From: Hydrurus foetidus
Taxonomy: Eukaryota
DNA length: 64,000 bases
Direction: 5' to 3'
Assembly: GCA_900617105.1 (NCBI GenBank)
Contig: UYFQ01000001.1
Span: 1,116,001 to 1,180,000, forward strand
Shown: positions 54,778 to 64,000 of the stretch, one piece after another
Layout: each line of letters opens with the position of its first letter
How positions within the stretch are numbered: position 1 is the first letter of the stretch
The notes under the pieces: generated by a model
Told to the model about the DNA's origin: nothing
The model's input: only the letters and a program-made list of their open reading frames with translations
Databases searched by the model: none
Position numbers and translations under genes: made by a program

Positions 54778-56535
54778 ATGAACAATCTCAAAATCTCCAC
54801 CCGCATCAAACTCCTCATCGGCGTGCTTTCCATGCTGCTGGTGCTCATCGGTAGCATCGGTCTGTACGGCATAACCAAGAGCAATGACGCGCTCGGTAGC
54901 GTTTACAAAGATCGTGCAGTGCCGCTGGCGCAGTTGGGTGAAATCCAGTATTTGATGATCCGCAACCGCCTGCTCATCGCCAATGCCCTGGTTATTCAAA
55001 CGCCCGAAATCATTGCCAAAGATGCCGCTGAACTGGAGATTAATGTTGGCAGTATCACCAAGCTGTGGGATGCTTACATGGCCACCACCTTGACGGAGGA
55101 AGAGGCCCAGATTGCCAAAAAATTTGCCGAAGCGCGCAAACAGTTTGTGCAAGAAGGCTTGAAACCCAGCATGGCGGCGCTTCAGGCAAGCGACTTTGAG
55201 GGTGCCAAGCGCATCGCGACTGAGAAAAATATCCCCTTGTTCAACGCAGCTCAGGCGCAATCCGCTGCCTTGATCAAACTCCAGGTGGATGAGTCAAAAA
55301 AGGAGTTTGACACGGCCAGTGCCCGCTTTGACACCATCCGCACGGTATCGATTGCGTCCATGGTGTTGGGCCTGCTGTTTGCGCTGGCGTTTGGCTGGTC
55401 GCTGATGCGCTCAATCACCCTGCCGTTGCAGCGCGCGATTGAGATATCCGAAGCTGTGGCCCAAGGCGATTTGAGCCAGACCATTGCCAGCACCGGCCAC
55501 GATGAAGTCGCTTCCCTGATGCGGGCCCTGTCCGAGATGCAAAGCCGCCTGGCCAGTGTGGTGGCCAATGTGCGCCAGGGCTCAGAAGGCGTCGCTACCG
55601 CCAGTGCGGAGATTGCCCAAGGCAACCATGACTTGTCGGCTCGAACCGAAAGCCAGGCCAGCGCACTGGAAGAAACTGCTGCGTCGATGGAGCAACTCAG
55701 CGCTACCGTCAAGCAAAACGCCGACAGCGCCAAGCAGGCCAACCAGTTGGCCCAAAATGCCAGCGCCGTCGCCATCCAGGGCGGCGAAGTGGTGGCCCAG
55801 GTCGTGAGCACCATGAAGGACATCAACGATTCGTCAAAACGAATTTCGGACATCACCAGCGTGATCGACGGCATAGCCTTCCAGACCAACATCCTGGCGC
55901 TCAATGCGGCCGTGGAAGCAGCGCGGGCTGGCGAACAAGGCCGTGGCTTCGCCGTGGTGGCAACCGAGGTGCGCAGTCTGGCTGGACGTTCGGCCGAGGC
56001 TGCCAAAGAGATCAAATCCCTTATTAGCGCCAGCGTGGAGCGTGTTGAGAAAGGTACAGCGTTGGTCGATCAAGCAGGGGCCACCATGACCGAGGTGGTA
56101 AGCTCGATTCGCCGCGCAACCGACCTCATGGGTGAGATGAGTGCGGCCAGCAACGAGCAGGCCTTGGGCGTGGCCCAAGTGGGCGAGGCCGTCACAGAGA
56201 TGGACCAGGTGACACAGCAAAACGCCGCGCTGGTGGAGGAAATGGCCGCAGCCGCCAGCAGCCTCAAATCGCAGGCCGAAGACCTGGTGGGCACGGTGGC
56301 GATGTTCAATCTCGGCAGCGGTGACAAGCACCTCAGAGCAACCCCGCGCCCGGTTGTGGTGCGCACGTCCGTATCGAGCGCCAAACCTCATAAAAGTCCA
56401 GACAGACGTGCTTTGACAGCGCCACCCAAACCTGCACCAAACCTAACTGCTGCGAGAGGTGCCAATATGCCCCCAGCCAAGACAGTAGCTTCGCCCGCGT
56501 CCAAAGAAGGAAATGATGATTGGGAAACGTTCTGA
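54778..56535 (+). CDS. Methyl-accepting chemotaxis protein (Tar-like ligand-binding domain)
   Basis: 2 [37 protein letters not shown]-terminal DWETF pentapeptide. Confidence 0.97.
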   Translation: MNNLKISTRIKLLIGVLSMLLVLIGSIGLYGITKSNDALGSVYKDRAVPLAQLGEIQYLMIRNRLLIANALVIQTPEIIAKDAAELEINVGSITKLWDAYMATTLTEEEAQIAKKFAEARKQFVQEGLKPSMAALQASDFEGAKRIATEKNIPLFNAAQAQSAALIKLQVDESKKEFDTASARFDTIRTVSIASMVLGLLFALAFGWSLMRSITLPLQRAIEISEAVAQGDLSQTIASTGHDEVASLMRALSEMQSRLASVVANVRQGSEGVATASAEIAQGNHDLSARTESQASALEETAASMEQLSATVKQNADSAKQANQLAQNASAVAIQGGEVVAQVVSTMKDINDSSKRISDITSVIDGIAFQTNILALNAAVEAARAGEQGRGFAVVATEVRSLAGRSAEAAKEIKSLISASVERVEKGTALVDQAGATMTEVVSSIRRATDLMGEMSAASNEQALGVAQVGEAVTEMDQVTQQNAALVEEMAAAASSLKSQAEDLVGTVAMFNLGSGDKHLRATPRPVVVRTSVSSAKPHKSPDRRALTAPPKPAPNLTAARGANMPPAKTVASPASKEGNDDWETF

Positions 56536-56709
56536 GGCGCAACCCGCTTTGCAGGGCATCAACTGCTGTCGCGATGGGGGTAGTTTGGGCATTATTCACG
56601 CTCAAAATGCACTGTCGCTTGGGCCATAATGTTTGCCACAAGGGGACAAAAGAATTGAAATCCCCTATGGTTCAAACAACCCTCAATTGACCGCATCACG
56701 GGCAGTTCA

Positions 56710-56794
56710 GTCCAACATGGTTTATCCCCCGCGTTCAATGTTCTCGCTCTTGGCTTGCCTTTGTGGCGCGGCGGATAAACGCTGATTGTTAAAT
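56710..56794 (+). mobile_element. attC-like recombination site 1
   Basis: GTCCAAC (RYYYAAC) ... 13/14 inverted repeat 56720-56733 / 56767-56780 ... GTTAAAT (GTTRRRY). Confidence 0.6.
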
Positions 56795-56839
56795 GTTCAA
56801 GGATATCTTCTAGTGATTATTGACCGCATACAGAAAGAG

Positions 56840-57460
56840 ATGCTGACTGACAGCGACTTTAAATTATTGTGTGAAAAACATGGCCTTCCCTGGGACCCAG
56901 CCAATGGTTATGAGCCGAGGTGGTATAACGGTCCGAACCCGGCAGATGTAAGTGTTTTATTCGTTATGGCTGAGCCTGGGCCAATAACTGAAACTGAGCG
57001 AGCGAATTTATTACCTGCCGTTTCAAATACCCCATGGCTATCGGGCTATGACCTGTCTCTTCAAGAACATTATTGGCGGAAGAATCTGCTCATTCTGTGT
57101 CAGAATATATGGCCTGAAAACACGATCGAAAATATGCAAAGCCATCTCGCAGGAACTAGCGCATTTTGGATGTCATTGCCGCATGGTAAATCAACCAATT
57201 CTATTCCGAGAGAGATAGAGCGTTTCTTTATTGAAAAGTATTTTAACAAGATACTTAAAGAGTTTAATGACATTGTGATCATCGCTGCAGGTTCTAAAGC
57301 GCGAGACAGGCTCAAAATTTATTCAATTCAGCATTTTGATTGCTGGGCATTTACGCGTCCCGGCTGTAATAATCCAAACGCAAAATTAAGCTGGATAGAT
57401 GTCGGTCAAAAAGTTCGAAAAAAATTGAAAGAAAAAACTCAAGTTGCATCTAACGAGTAA
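56840..57460 (+). CDS. AT-rich orphan protein, possible uracil-DNA-glycosylase superfamily; gene-cassette-like
   Basis: VLFVMAEPG and VIIAAGSKA motifs; visibly AT-rich; bounded by GTTAAAT and ATCTAAC; start may be further upstream. Confidence 0.65.
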   Translation: MLTDSDFKLLCEKHGLPWDPANGYEPRWYNGPNPADVSVLFVMAEPGPITETERANLLPAVSNTPWLSGYDLSLQEHYWRKNLLILCQNIWPENTIENMQSHLAGTSAFWMSLPHGKSTNSIPREIERFFIEKYFNKILKEFNDIVIIAAGSKARDRLKIYSIQHFDCWAFTRPGCNNPNAKLSWIDVGQKVRKKLKEKTQVASNE

Positions 57461-57501
57461 GGTTAGATCGCGCTTGCCTCGATCTGAACCGTTTGTTGGA
57501 C
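57448..57501 (-). mobile_element. attC-like recombination site 2
   Basis: Minus strand: GTCCAAC-aaacg-GTTCAGATCG...CGATCTAAC-cttactc-GTTAGAT, with an extrahelical C in the L''-like box. Confidence 0.7.
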
Positions 57502-57661
57502 GATCCCGGTTTGAGGCGACACGGGCTGCCCCTGCAAATATCTCCTGGATGTCTTTATCTGCGCCGCGTGTCGGCGCACACGCGGTCTATGTTTCAGGCA
57601 CTCAAGTCAAGTGCAGTGTGCCGTTGCAGCCCACTTTTTCGTCGGGTATCGCGCTTGTCAG

Positions 57662-58013
57662 TCATTTTTGACCGAACGGCTTCACGCCCGCAGACTCTGG
57701 TTCTGCGATGGACGGCAGAATGCGCCGCCGCACCACCACCATGGCCGCACCAGAGCAAGTACACAACCACGGCGCTCGCGCTTTGGCATCCGTCTTCGTC
57801 AGGTCTGCTTGACTGTCATGGGGCCGCTTGAACACCAGCAACCGAAGCAGCGCCTTCAACCGCCGACTGTTGGGGTGCAGAAAGCCAAAGTTGCGTGCCC
57901 TGCGAAACCCTCGGGGAATCGGCCACCCCCGCATCGGGCAGCGTTGTGGGCAGCGTCAAGCCCGCTTGCACCAAGGCCGCCAGGAACTTACCTCGAAACA
58001 CTGTGGCCAGGGC
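57662..58013 (-). pseudogene. IS91-family (Y2 HUH) transposase remnant with an internal deletion/frameshift
   Basis: ALATVFRGKFLAAL in one frame and PRGFRRARNFGFLHPNSRRL...CTCSG in another; no N-terminus. Confidence 0.8.
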
Positions 58014-58025
58014 TGTTGATTCCTC

Positions 58026-58060
58026 GTCGGGTTACGCCCTCGTGGGCTAACCCGACCTAC
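58026..58060 (-). repeat. GTAG-type REP palindrome
   Basis: Minus strand: GTAG-GTCGGGTTAGCCC-acga-GGGCGTAACCCGAC. Confidence 0.75.
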
Positions 58061-58107
58061 AGGGGCTGGAGGGAAGGCGGGGATGGACGCTCTGCCTCTG
58101 CAATTGA

Positions 58108-58308
58108 TAGTAATAATTGATAGCTTCTCACGCAGTATTGATAATGCTCAACGCATTATTTGATGCCTGAAAAATGCCATTTTTTCTCATTTTTGCCGTT
58201 GGATGGCCATCCAAACAACCCAAAAGCGACCTTGAGCAGCCTAAAAGAAGGCCTTAAATCGGTTGTACACCTTATAAATACTGCATGAACAGCTATCAAA
58301 TTTGATCG
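58108..58308. repeat. Inverted pair of the dispersed TAGCT-N6-GCA repeat
   Basis: TTGATAGCTTCTCACGCAGTATTGATAA (+) versus TTGATAGCTGTTCATGCAGTATTTATAA (-). Confidence 0.7.
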
Positions 58309-58381
58309 GCACAGCAAAAGGAACCCACTGTAGGGCGCTGCCACTGAACGCGACCCAGGCAGCACGGTTGATTTCAGTGCA

Positions 58382-61300
58382 TCACGCCAAATGCCGCAGC
58401 TCCCGCAGCGCGACCGATACCGGTGCCAAATCCGCCCCCTGCGTGCTGATGGTCGACAGCAAGTTGCGCAGGCGTTCAATCGCTGTGGCGTGCTGGGCTT
58501 GCCACGCGGTCACGTCTTCTTTGCGCGTCAGCAAACCTTTGGTGATTTGGCTGGCGATCGAGTACACGTCGTCGCGGGCGCTGCCGCGTGCCTGGGTTTG
58601 CCACAGGGTGTCGGTGGGCAGGCGGTTGATTTGGGTGCGCCAAGCGGTCAAGCCGAGTTGGGCATCCACGCCGAAGTAGGCTTTGGCGGATTGCTCCAAG
58701 CCGGTATTGGCGCTTTGGGCCAGATCGACCAAATCCAGTGCGGGGAAGATGAATTCCAGGGCGCTCAGGTTCTGTGCCAGAGCATTTTCCACCCCAGCAT
58801 TGACCAGCTTGTCCGCCGCCATTTGCCAATCGGCGTTGGCTGCTGCGGGCAGCCACTCTGCCAAATGGCTGCGCAGCTCGCGGGCGGCGGGCTGGTAGCG
58901 TTGGATCAAGGTGGGCAAGTCGGCGTTTTGCGAGCGCACGCGCAGCATCCAGCGTGAGGCGCGTTGGGCGATGGCGGTGAGTTGGGTCAGCAAATCGAGT
59001 TGCAACGTGGCGTCCACCTTGTAGTCCAGCGCGTCGATTTGGTCCCACAGGGGTTCCAGGTCGAAAATTTCGCGGGCCAGGGTGAAGGCGCGGATCACGT
59101 CAGCCGCCGTGGCGCCTGCTTCCGAGGCGATGAAGTTGACGAACGTGGCACCGGTGCGGTTCACCACGGTGTTGGTCACGTAGGTGGCGATGATTTCGCG
59201 CTTCAGCGGGTGGGCGGCGATGGCATCGGCGAATTTTTCGCTGAGCAGCTTGGGGAAGTAGGCTTTCAACGCACCGCTGAAGTACGGGTCGTCCGGCAAA
59301 TTGCTGGCCAGCAACTCGTCGAACACGCTCATCTTGGCGTAGGCCAGCACCACGGCGCTCTCAGGCGCGGTCAAGCCCTTTTTGGCGGCTTTGCGGCGGG
59401 CGATTTCGTCGTCGGTGGGCAGGAATTCGATGGCACGGTTGAGGCGGCCTTGGCCTTCCAGCCACTGCATCAGGCGCTGCTGGCCTTCCAGCACGTACAA
59501 GGGGCGGTGGGCGGCGATGTCCAGCGCCTGGCTTTGGTAGTAGTTGTCGGTCAGCACCAGCAGACCCACCTCATCGGTCATCGAGGCCAGCACGTCGTTT
59601 CGCTGCTTGAGCGTCAAATCACCCGCTTCCACCACGCTGCCCAGCAGGATTTTGATGTTGACTTCGTGGTCAGAGCAGTCCACGCCCGCCGAGTTGTCGA
59701 TGGCGTCGGTGTAGATCAAGCCGCCTTTTTGCGCGAACTCGATGCGGCCATTTTGGGTACAGCCCAGGTTGCCACCTTCGGCCAGCACCTTGCAGCGCAA
59801 CTGGTTGCCGTTGACGCGGAAAGCGTCGCTGGACTTGTCGCCCACTTGGGCGTGCGTCTCGTAGGTGGCTTTGACGTAGGTGCCGATGCCTCCGTTGTAC
59901 AGCAGGTCAACCGGCGCTTGCAGGATGGCGTGCAGCAGTTCCACCGGGGTCAACTCTTCCACCGTGATGCCCAACACCGCGCGGGCTTCAGGGCTTAAGG
60001 TGATGGATTTGGCACCGCGTGCGTACAAACCGCCGCCCGCAGAGATCAGGCTTTTGTCGTAATCGTCCCAGCTGGAGCGGGGCAGGGCGAACAGGCGGGC
60101 ACGCTCAGCGAACGACTTGGCCACGTCCGGCGCAGGGTCGATGAAGATATGGCGGTGGTCGAATGCAACGACCAGTTTGATGTGTTCAGACAGCAGCATG
60201 CCGTTGCCAAAAACGTCGCCCGACATGTCGCCAATACCGGCCACGGTGAACGCGGTGGTTTGCGTGTTCACGCCCAAAGCGCGGAAGTGGCGTTTCACCG
60301 ATTCCCAAGCGCCGCGTGCGGTGATGCCCATCTTTTTGTGGTCATAGCCCACCGAGCCGCCCGAGGCAAAAGCGTCTCCCAGCCAGAAACCGTAGTCTGC
60401 TGACACGCCATTCGCGTAATCCGAGAACGTGGCTGTGCCCTTGTCAGCGGCGACGACGAGGTACGGGTCGTCCACGTCATGGCGCACCACGTTGGTGGGG
60501 GGCACCACGGCACCCTTCACCACGTTGTCCGTCACGTCTAGCAAGCCAGAGAGGAACAGCTTGTAGCAGGCCACGCCTTCGGCCATGTAGGCTTCGCGGT
60601 CGCTGGCCGGTGGTGCGTTTTTCAGCACAAAGCCGCCTTTGGAGCCGACGGGCACGATCACCGTGTTCTTCACCTGCTGGGCTTTGACGAGGCCCAAAAT
60701 CTCGGTGCGGAAGTCTTCCCGGCGGTCTGACCAGCGCAGGCCACCACGGGCGACTTTGCCACCGCGCAGGTGCACGCCTTCGACGCGGGGCGAGTAGACC
60801 CAGATTTCAAACAGCGGTTTGGGTTCGGGCACGCCAGGGATTTCGCGTGGGTTGAGCTTGAAGCTCATGTAAGGTTTTGCTTCGGAATTGCCAGCAGTCT
60901 GCCAAGCATTGGTGCGCAGCGTGGCCGAAATTGTGGCCAAGAACTGGCGCAGGATGCGGTCTTCGTCCAGGCTGGCGACTTGGCTCAGCTGGGCTTCAAT
61001 GGATTGGGTAATCGCCTTTTGTGCGCTGGCCCGGTCGCCTTCTAAAGCAGAATCCAATGTGGGATTGAAGCGGGCGTTGAACAGCTCTGCCACCGATTGC
61101 GCGATGGCCGCGTTCTTGTTCAGCGTGGCTTCGATGTAACTCTGGCTGAAGGCAAACCCAAGTTGCTTGAAGTAGCGGGTGTAGGCACGCAGCACGGCGA
61201 TGGCGCGGGCATCCAGGCTGGTGATGAGCACGAGTTTGTTCAGATCGTCGCTTTCCACCTCGCCGCGCCAAGCTTGGGCGAACAGGGCTTCAAAGCGTAA

Positions 61301-63169
61301 TTTGATAGCGGACAAATCAACACTGGTAGGCAGTTGAAGCCCTAAATCATGGATCCACAGGGTATCCGCACCGGTGCCAATGCTGTAGGGGTGTTCGTCC
61401 AGCACGCGGGCACCCATGCGCTCCAGCACGGGGAGTGAGTCGGACAGGGCGACTTTGGCGGTGTTGTAAATCTTGAAGCGCAGCACGCCCGCAGCCGCAT
61501 CCAGTGGGCGGTACAGCTTGACGGCCAGCGGTGCAGCAGCGGACAAACCGGCCAGCATGTCGGCGTCTTCTGCCGCCACAGGGGCCGAGAAATCTTCGCG
61601 GTAAGCGGTGGGAAAGGCGTTGGCAAAGCGGTGAGCCAGCGCCAGCCCCTGGCCTTCGCCGTGGGCACGCAGCAGCTCGGTGGTGCAGTCGTCTTCCCAG
61701 CGCTGGGCCAGTTTGGTGATGCGGGCTTCGAGCGCGGTGAGGTTGACGTTGTGTGGTGCGTTGTCCTTTGCGCGCACCAGATAGTGGATGCGGGCCAGCG
61801 GGCTGTCGGTCAGCATGGGGGTGAATTCGATGGACTGGCCGTCCAGCACTTTCATCAATTCAGCGCTGATCTTGACGCGCAGCTCGGTGTTGTAGCGGTC
61901 ACGTGGCACGAACACCAGGGCCGAGGTGAAGCGGCCAAACGGGTCGCGGCGCACAAAGAGACGGGTGCGCTGGCGCTCTTGCAGCCGCAAGATGCCGATG
62001 GCGTGCTCGGTCAGCGTGGCGGTATCGATCTGGAAGAGTTCATCGCGCGGGTAGTCGTTCAAAATCGTTTCCAGCGACTTGGCGGCGTGGCTGTCGGGCA
62101 CCACACCGGCACTGGTCATCACGTCTTCGGCGCGTTGGCGCACTTGGGGGATTTCACCCACCGAGGCGGCGTAAGCGGTGGAGGTGTACAGGCCTAAAAA
62201 GCGGGTTTCGCCCACCACTTTGCCCGCACCGTCAAACCGCTTGACGGCGATGTAGTCCAGCCACGCGGGGCGGTGGACGGTGGCGCGGGTCATGGCTTTG
62301 GTCACCAGCACCAATTCGCTCGATTCCAGCAGCGAGACGGCTTCGGGGGGCAGGCGGGTCTCCGTCGTTTGGGCGGTGCCGCGCAAGATGCCCAGGCCCG
62401 AATCTGGCTGGGCTACCAAGCTCACAATGTCGTTGTCGCGCTTGAGGTCGTAATCGCGTGCGCCCAAAAAGGTGAAATGGCGGTCTTGCAACCAGCGCAA
62501 AAAGGCCACGCCTTCTTCACGGTTGACGGCGGCGAGCGGTGAGGTTTCTGAGGCCGTAATCACCGATTGCACGCGCTCGAGCATGGCTCGCCAATCTTGC
62601 ACGGCGCTGCGCACATCACCCAGCACCCGTGTGAGTTCGGTGGCCAGCACCTGCTGCTCAGCGGCGCTCACGATGCGGTCACATTCCACCAAAATCAGCG
62701 ATTCCACCGGGTGGGTGTGTTCTGCCGCAGTGGCCGCTGCCACGGTGCTGACGCTGGCGATGTTGCCCTGCGCGTGGCGTGCCACGCTCATCAGCGGATG
62801 CACCATCCAGTGCGCCGTGCGCCCACTGCGGTTGATCGCCATCGTCACCGAATCCACCAAAAACGGCATGTTGTCGTTGACGATTTGCACCACCGTGTGC
62901 TCGCACACAAAGCCATCTTCAGCCAGCGTGGGGTTGAACACGCGCACCTTGGCGCTGTGGGCCGCACGCGGCGCATCCAGCAGCCGCCAGTGGGCGTTGG
63001 CCACCGCAAACAGCGTGGCCGGGCCGCGTGCAGCGATCTCGTCAGGGTCGGTGCTCTCGAAGTAAGCGGCGATGAACCCAGCCTGTGTCGCAGCAGCAGG
63101 GCCAGCGTGCTCAGCGCTATAAGTCAGAAGCTCAGTGAGAGGGGTGCTGGGGGTGGATGTTGTGGTCAT
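58382..63169 (-). CDS. gdhB: Large NAD-specific glutamate dehydrogenase (GdhB type)
   Basis: ARGGLRWSDR, VVAADKGTATFSD, GDMSGDVFGNG, DNSAGVDCSDHEVNIK; 1595 aa. Confidence 0.96.
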   Translation of the reverse strand: MTTTSTPSTPLTELLTYSAEHAGPAAATQAGFIAAYFESTDPDEIAARGPATLFAVANAHWRLLDAPRAAHSAKVRVFNPTLAEDGFVCEHTVVQIVNDNMPFLVDSVTMAINRSGRTAHWMVHPLMSVARHAQGNIASVSTVAAATAAEHTHPVESLILVECDRIVSAAEQQVLATELTRVLGDVRSAVQDWRAMLERVQSVITASETSPLAAVNREEGVAFLRWLQDRHFTFLGARDYDLKRDNDIVSLVAQPDSGLGILRGTAQTTETRLPPEAVSLLESSELVLVTKAMTRATVHRPAWLDYIAVKRFDGAGKVVGETRFLGLYTSTAYAASVGEIPQVRQRAEDVMTSAGVVPDSHAAKSLETILNDYPRDELFQIDTATLTEHAIGILRLQERQRTRLFVRRDPFGRFTSALVFVPRDRYNTELRVKISAELMKVLDGQSIEFTPMLTDSPLARIHYLVRAKDNAPHNVNLTALEARITKLAQRWEDDCTTELLRAHGEGQGLALAHRFANAFPTAYREDFSAPVAAEDADMLAGLSAAAPLAVKLYRPLDAAAGVLRFKIYNTAKVALSDSLPVLERMGARVLDEHPYSIGTGADTLWIHDLGLQLPTSVDLSAIKLRFEALFAQAWRGEVESDDLNKLVLITSLDARAIAVLRAYTRYFKQLGFAFSQSYIEATLNKNAAIAQSVAELFNARFNPTLDSALEGDRASAQKAITQSIEAQLSQVASLDEDRILRQFLATISATLRTNAWQTAGNSEAKPYMSFKLNPREIPGVPEPKPLFEIWVYSPRVEGVHLRGGKVARGGLRWSDRREDFRTEILGLVKAQQVKNTVIVPVGSKGGFVLKNAPPASDREAYMAEGVACYKLFLSGLLDVTDNVVKGAVVPPTNVVRHDVDDPYLVVAADKGTATFSDYANGVSADYGFWLGDAFASGGSVGYDHKKMGITARGAWESVKRHFRALGVNTQTTAFTVAGIGDMSGDVFGNGMLLSEHIKLVVAFDHRHIFIDPAPDVAKSFAERARLFALPRSSWDDYDKSLISAGGGLYARGAKSITLSPEARAVLGITVEELTPVELLHAILQAPVDLLYNGGIGTYVKATYETHAQVGDKSSDAFRVNGNQLRCKVLAEGGNLGCTQNGRIEFAQKGGLIYTDAIDNSAGVDCSDHEVNIKILLGSVVEAGDLTLKQRNDVLASMTDEVGLLVLTDNYYQSQALDIAAHRPLYVLEGQQRLMQWLEGQGRLNRAIEFLPTDDEIARRKAAKKGLTAPESAVVLAYAKMSVFDELLASNLPDDPYFSGALKAYFPKLLSEKFADAIAAHPLKREIIATYVTNTVVNRTGATFVNFIASEAGATAADVIRAFTLAREIFDLEPLWDQIDALDYKVDATLQLDLLTQLTAIAQRASRWMLRVRSQNADLPTLIQRYQPAARELRSHLAEWLPAAANADWQMAADKLVNAGVENALAQNLSALEFIFPALDLVDLAQSANTGLEQSAKAYFGVDAQLGLTAWRTQINRLPTDTLWQTQARGSARDDVYSIASQITKGLLTRKEDVTAWQAQHATAIERLRNLLSTISTQGADLAPVSVALRELRHLA

Positions 63170-63295
63170 GCGTTGTCCTTGTTGTAGATAGCAGGTAACT
63201 CAAAGGTAACTGAAATTCTAGGGACGCAAACCGGGTTTGAGGGGGTTTCCTTGGTGTGCTCATGGCCTTATGCCGGAGTTGCATGGGGTGCAGGA

Positions 63296-63874
63296 TCAAT
63301 CATCCGACACCTCAGCAAACAGCTGCTCCGCCGTCACCTCCAGCGCCACACTCGCCAGCGTGACCGTTTCCCCACGTCCAAAGGGGTGCAGCACCCAGAG
63401 GCCGTCGGCGCCTAGGCGGTAGCAGTCCACGATGCGACTTTGTATGTCGATCATCACGTACTCTTGCAGGCTGGGCAGGCGGCGGTAGGCGGTGAATTTG
63501 ATGCCTCGGTCGTAGGATTCGGTGCTGGGGGAGAGCACTTCGATCAGCAGTTTGGGCTCGGACTTGACCAGGGGGTCTTTCAGGTCGCGGGCGCTACAGG
63601 TCACTACCACGTCGGGGTAAAAGTAGTTGTTGGCGGCTTCCACGTTTACCTTCATATCGGCCATGTAGGTGCGGCAGGGGGTGCCGGTGAGGTGTTGGCG
63701 CAGGGCCATGTAGAGGTTGCCGCTGACGGTGATGTGTCCATCAGCGGCACCGGCCATGGCGAAAACTTCGCCGTTCAGGTACTCGTGCTTTTCGGTTTGC
63801 TCGGCTTCCCACAGCAGGTAATCGACAGAGTTGAAGATGGATTCTTGAGCTGCCAGTCCCATAGCGGTTTCCAT
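63296..63874 (-). CDS. Uma2 (DUF820) PD-(D/E)xK nuclease family protein
   Basis: HEYLNGEVFAMAG, YPDVVVTC, IEVLSPSTESYDRG.KF..Y. Confidence 0.93.
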   Translation of the reverse strand: METAMGLAAQESIFNSVDYLLWEAEQTEKHEYLNGEVFAMAGAADGHITVSGNLYMALRQHLTGTPCRTYMADMKVNVEAANNYFYPDVVVTCSARDLKDPLVKSEPKLLIEVLSPSTESYDRGIKFTAYRRLPSLQEYVMIDIQSRIVDCYRLGADGLWVLHPFGRGETVTLASVALEVTAEQLFAEVSDD

Positions 63875-63893
63875 GATGGTGTTGGAGTGCAGA

Positions 63894-64000
63894 TTATGCG
63901 GCGCTGGCTCGCACGGGGTAAATGCGCACCATCGCCACGAACACCGCGCTGCCCACCAGCAGCGTGGTGGCGGCGATTTCCAATGACAGCGTGAACCCTG
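63894..64000 (-). CDS. C-terminal fragment of a membrane protein, possibly MFS (truncated by window edge)
   Basis: GFTLSLEIAATTLLVGSAVFVAMVRIYPVRASAA* hydrophobic helix. Confidence 0.55.
   Translation of the reverse strand, partial: GFTLSLEIAATTLLVGSAVFVAMVRIYPVRASAA

Noticed and set aside
56640..58060. Complete classical integron
   Set aside because: No tyrosine recombinase or attI is visible in the window; only attC-like sites are reported.
63296..63874. Uma2 nuclease as part of a defence system
   Set aside because: Stand-alone gene of a common family with no methylase or partner genes visible here.

Overview
A 64 kb, mostly core-chromosome window from a GC-rich betaproteobacterium. Gene content and order suggest Comamonadaceae, possibly Rhodoferax-like (inference). 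In order it holds: a porin-like / small periplasmic protein / diguanylate cyclase module; divergent membrane-bound and soluble pyrophosphatases; a TonB-dependent receptor; and a mosaic histidine/urocanate (hut) cluster that has both formimidoylglutamate routes but no hutH and shows a deletion scar. Next come ggt, lexA with two SOS boxes, the exbBD-lpxK-trm112-kdsB-adk run, xseA, sodB, icd, a GAF/PAS-GGDEF-EAL gene, tmk-holB-pilZ-tatD, a TadA fused to a degenerate haloalkane dehalogenase, ldcA, an MCP, NAD-GDH and a Uma2 nuclease. Two signals are most unusual. (1) At 56.7-58.3 kb an AT-rich orphan gene with uracil-DNA-glycosylase-like motifs sits between two attC-like hairpins next to an IS91-family transposase remnant, with no integron integrase in the window. 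(2) About a dozen copies of a degenerate 17-bp palindrome with a conserved TAGCT-N6-GCA tail occur, many inside housekeeping genes or over their start codons. I saw no rRNA, tRNA or CRISPR array. All protein calls come from motif recognition by eye, not database searches.
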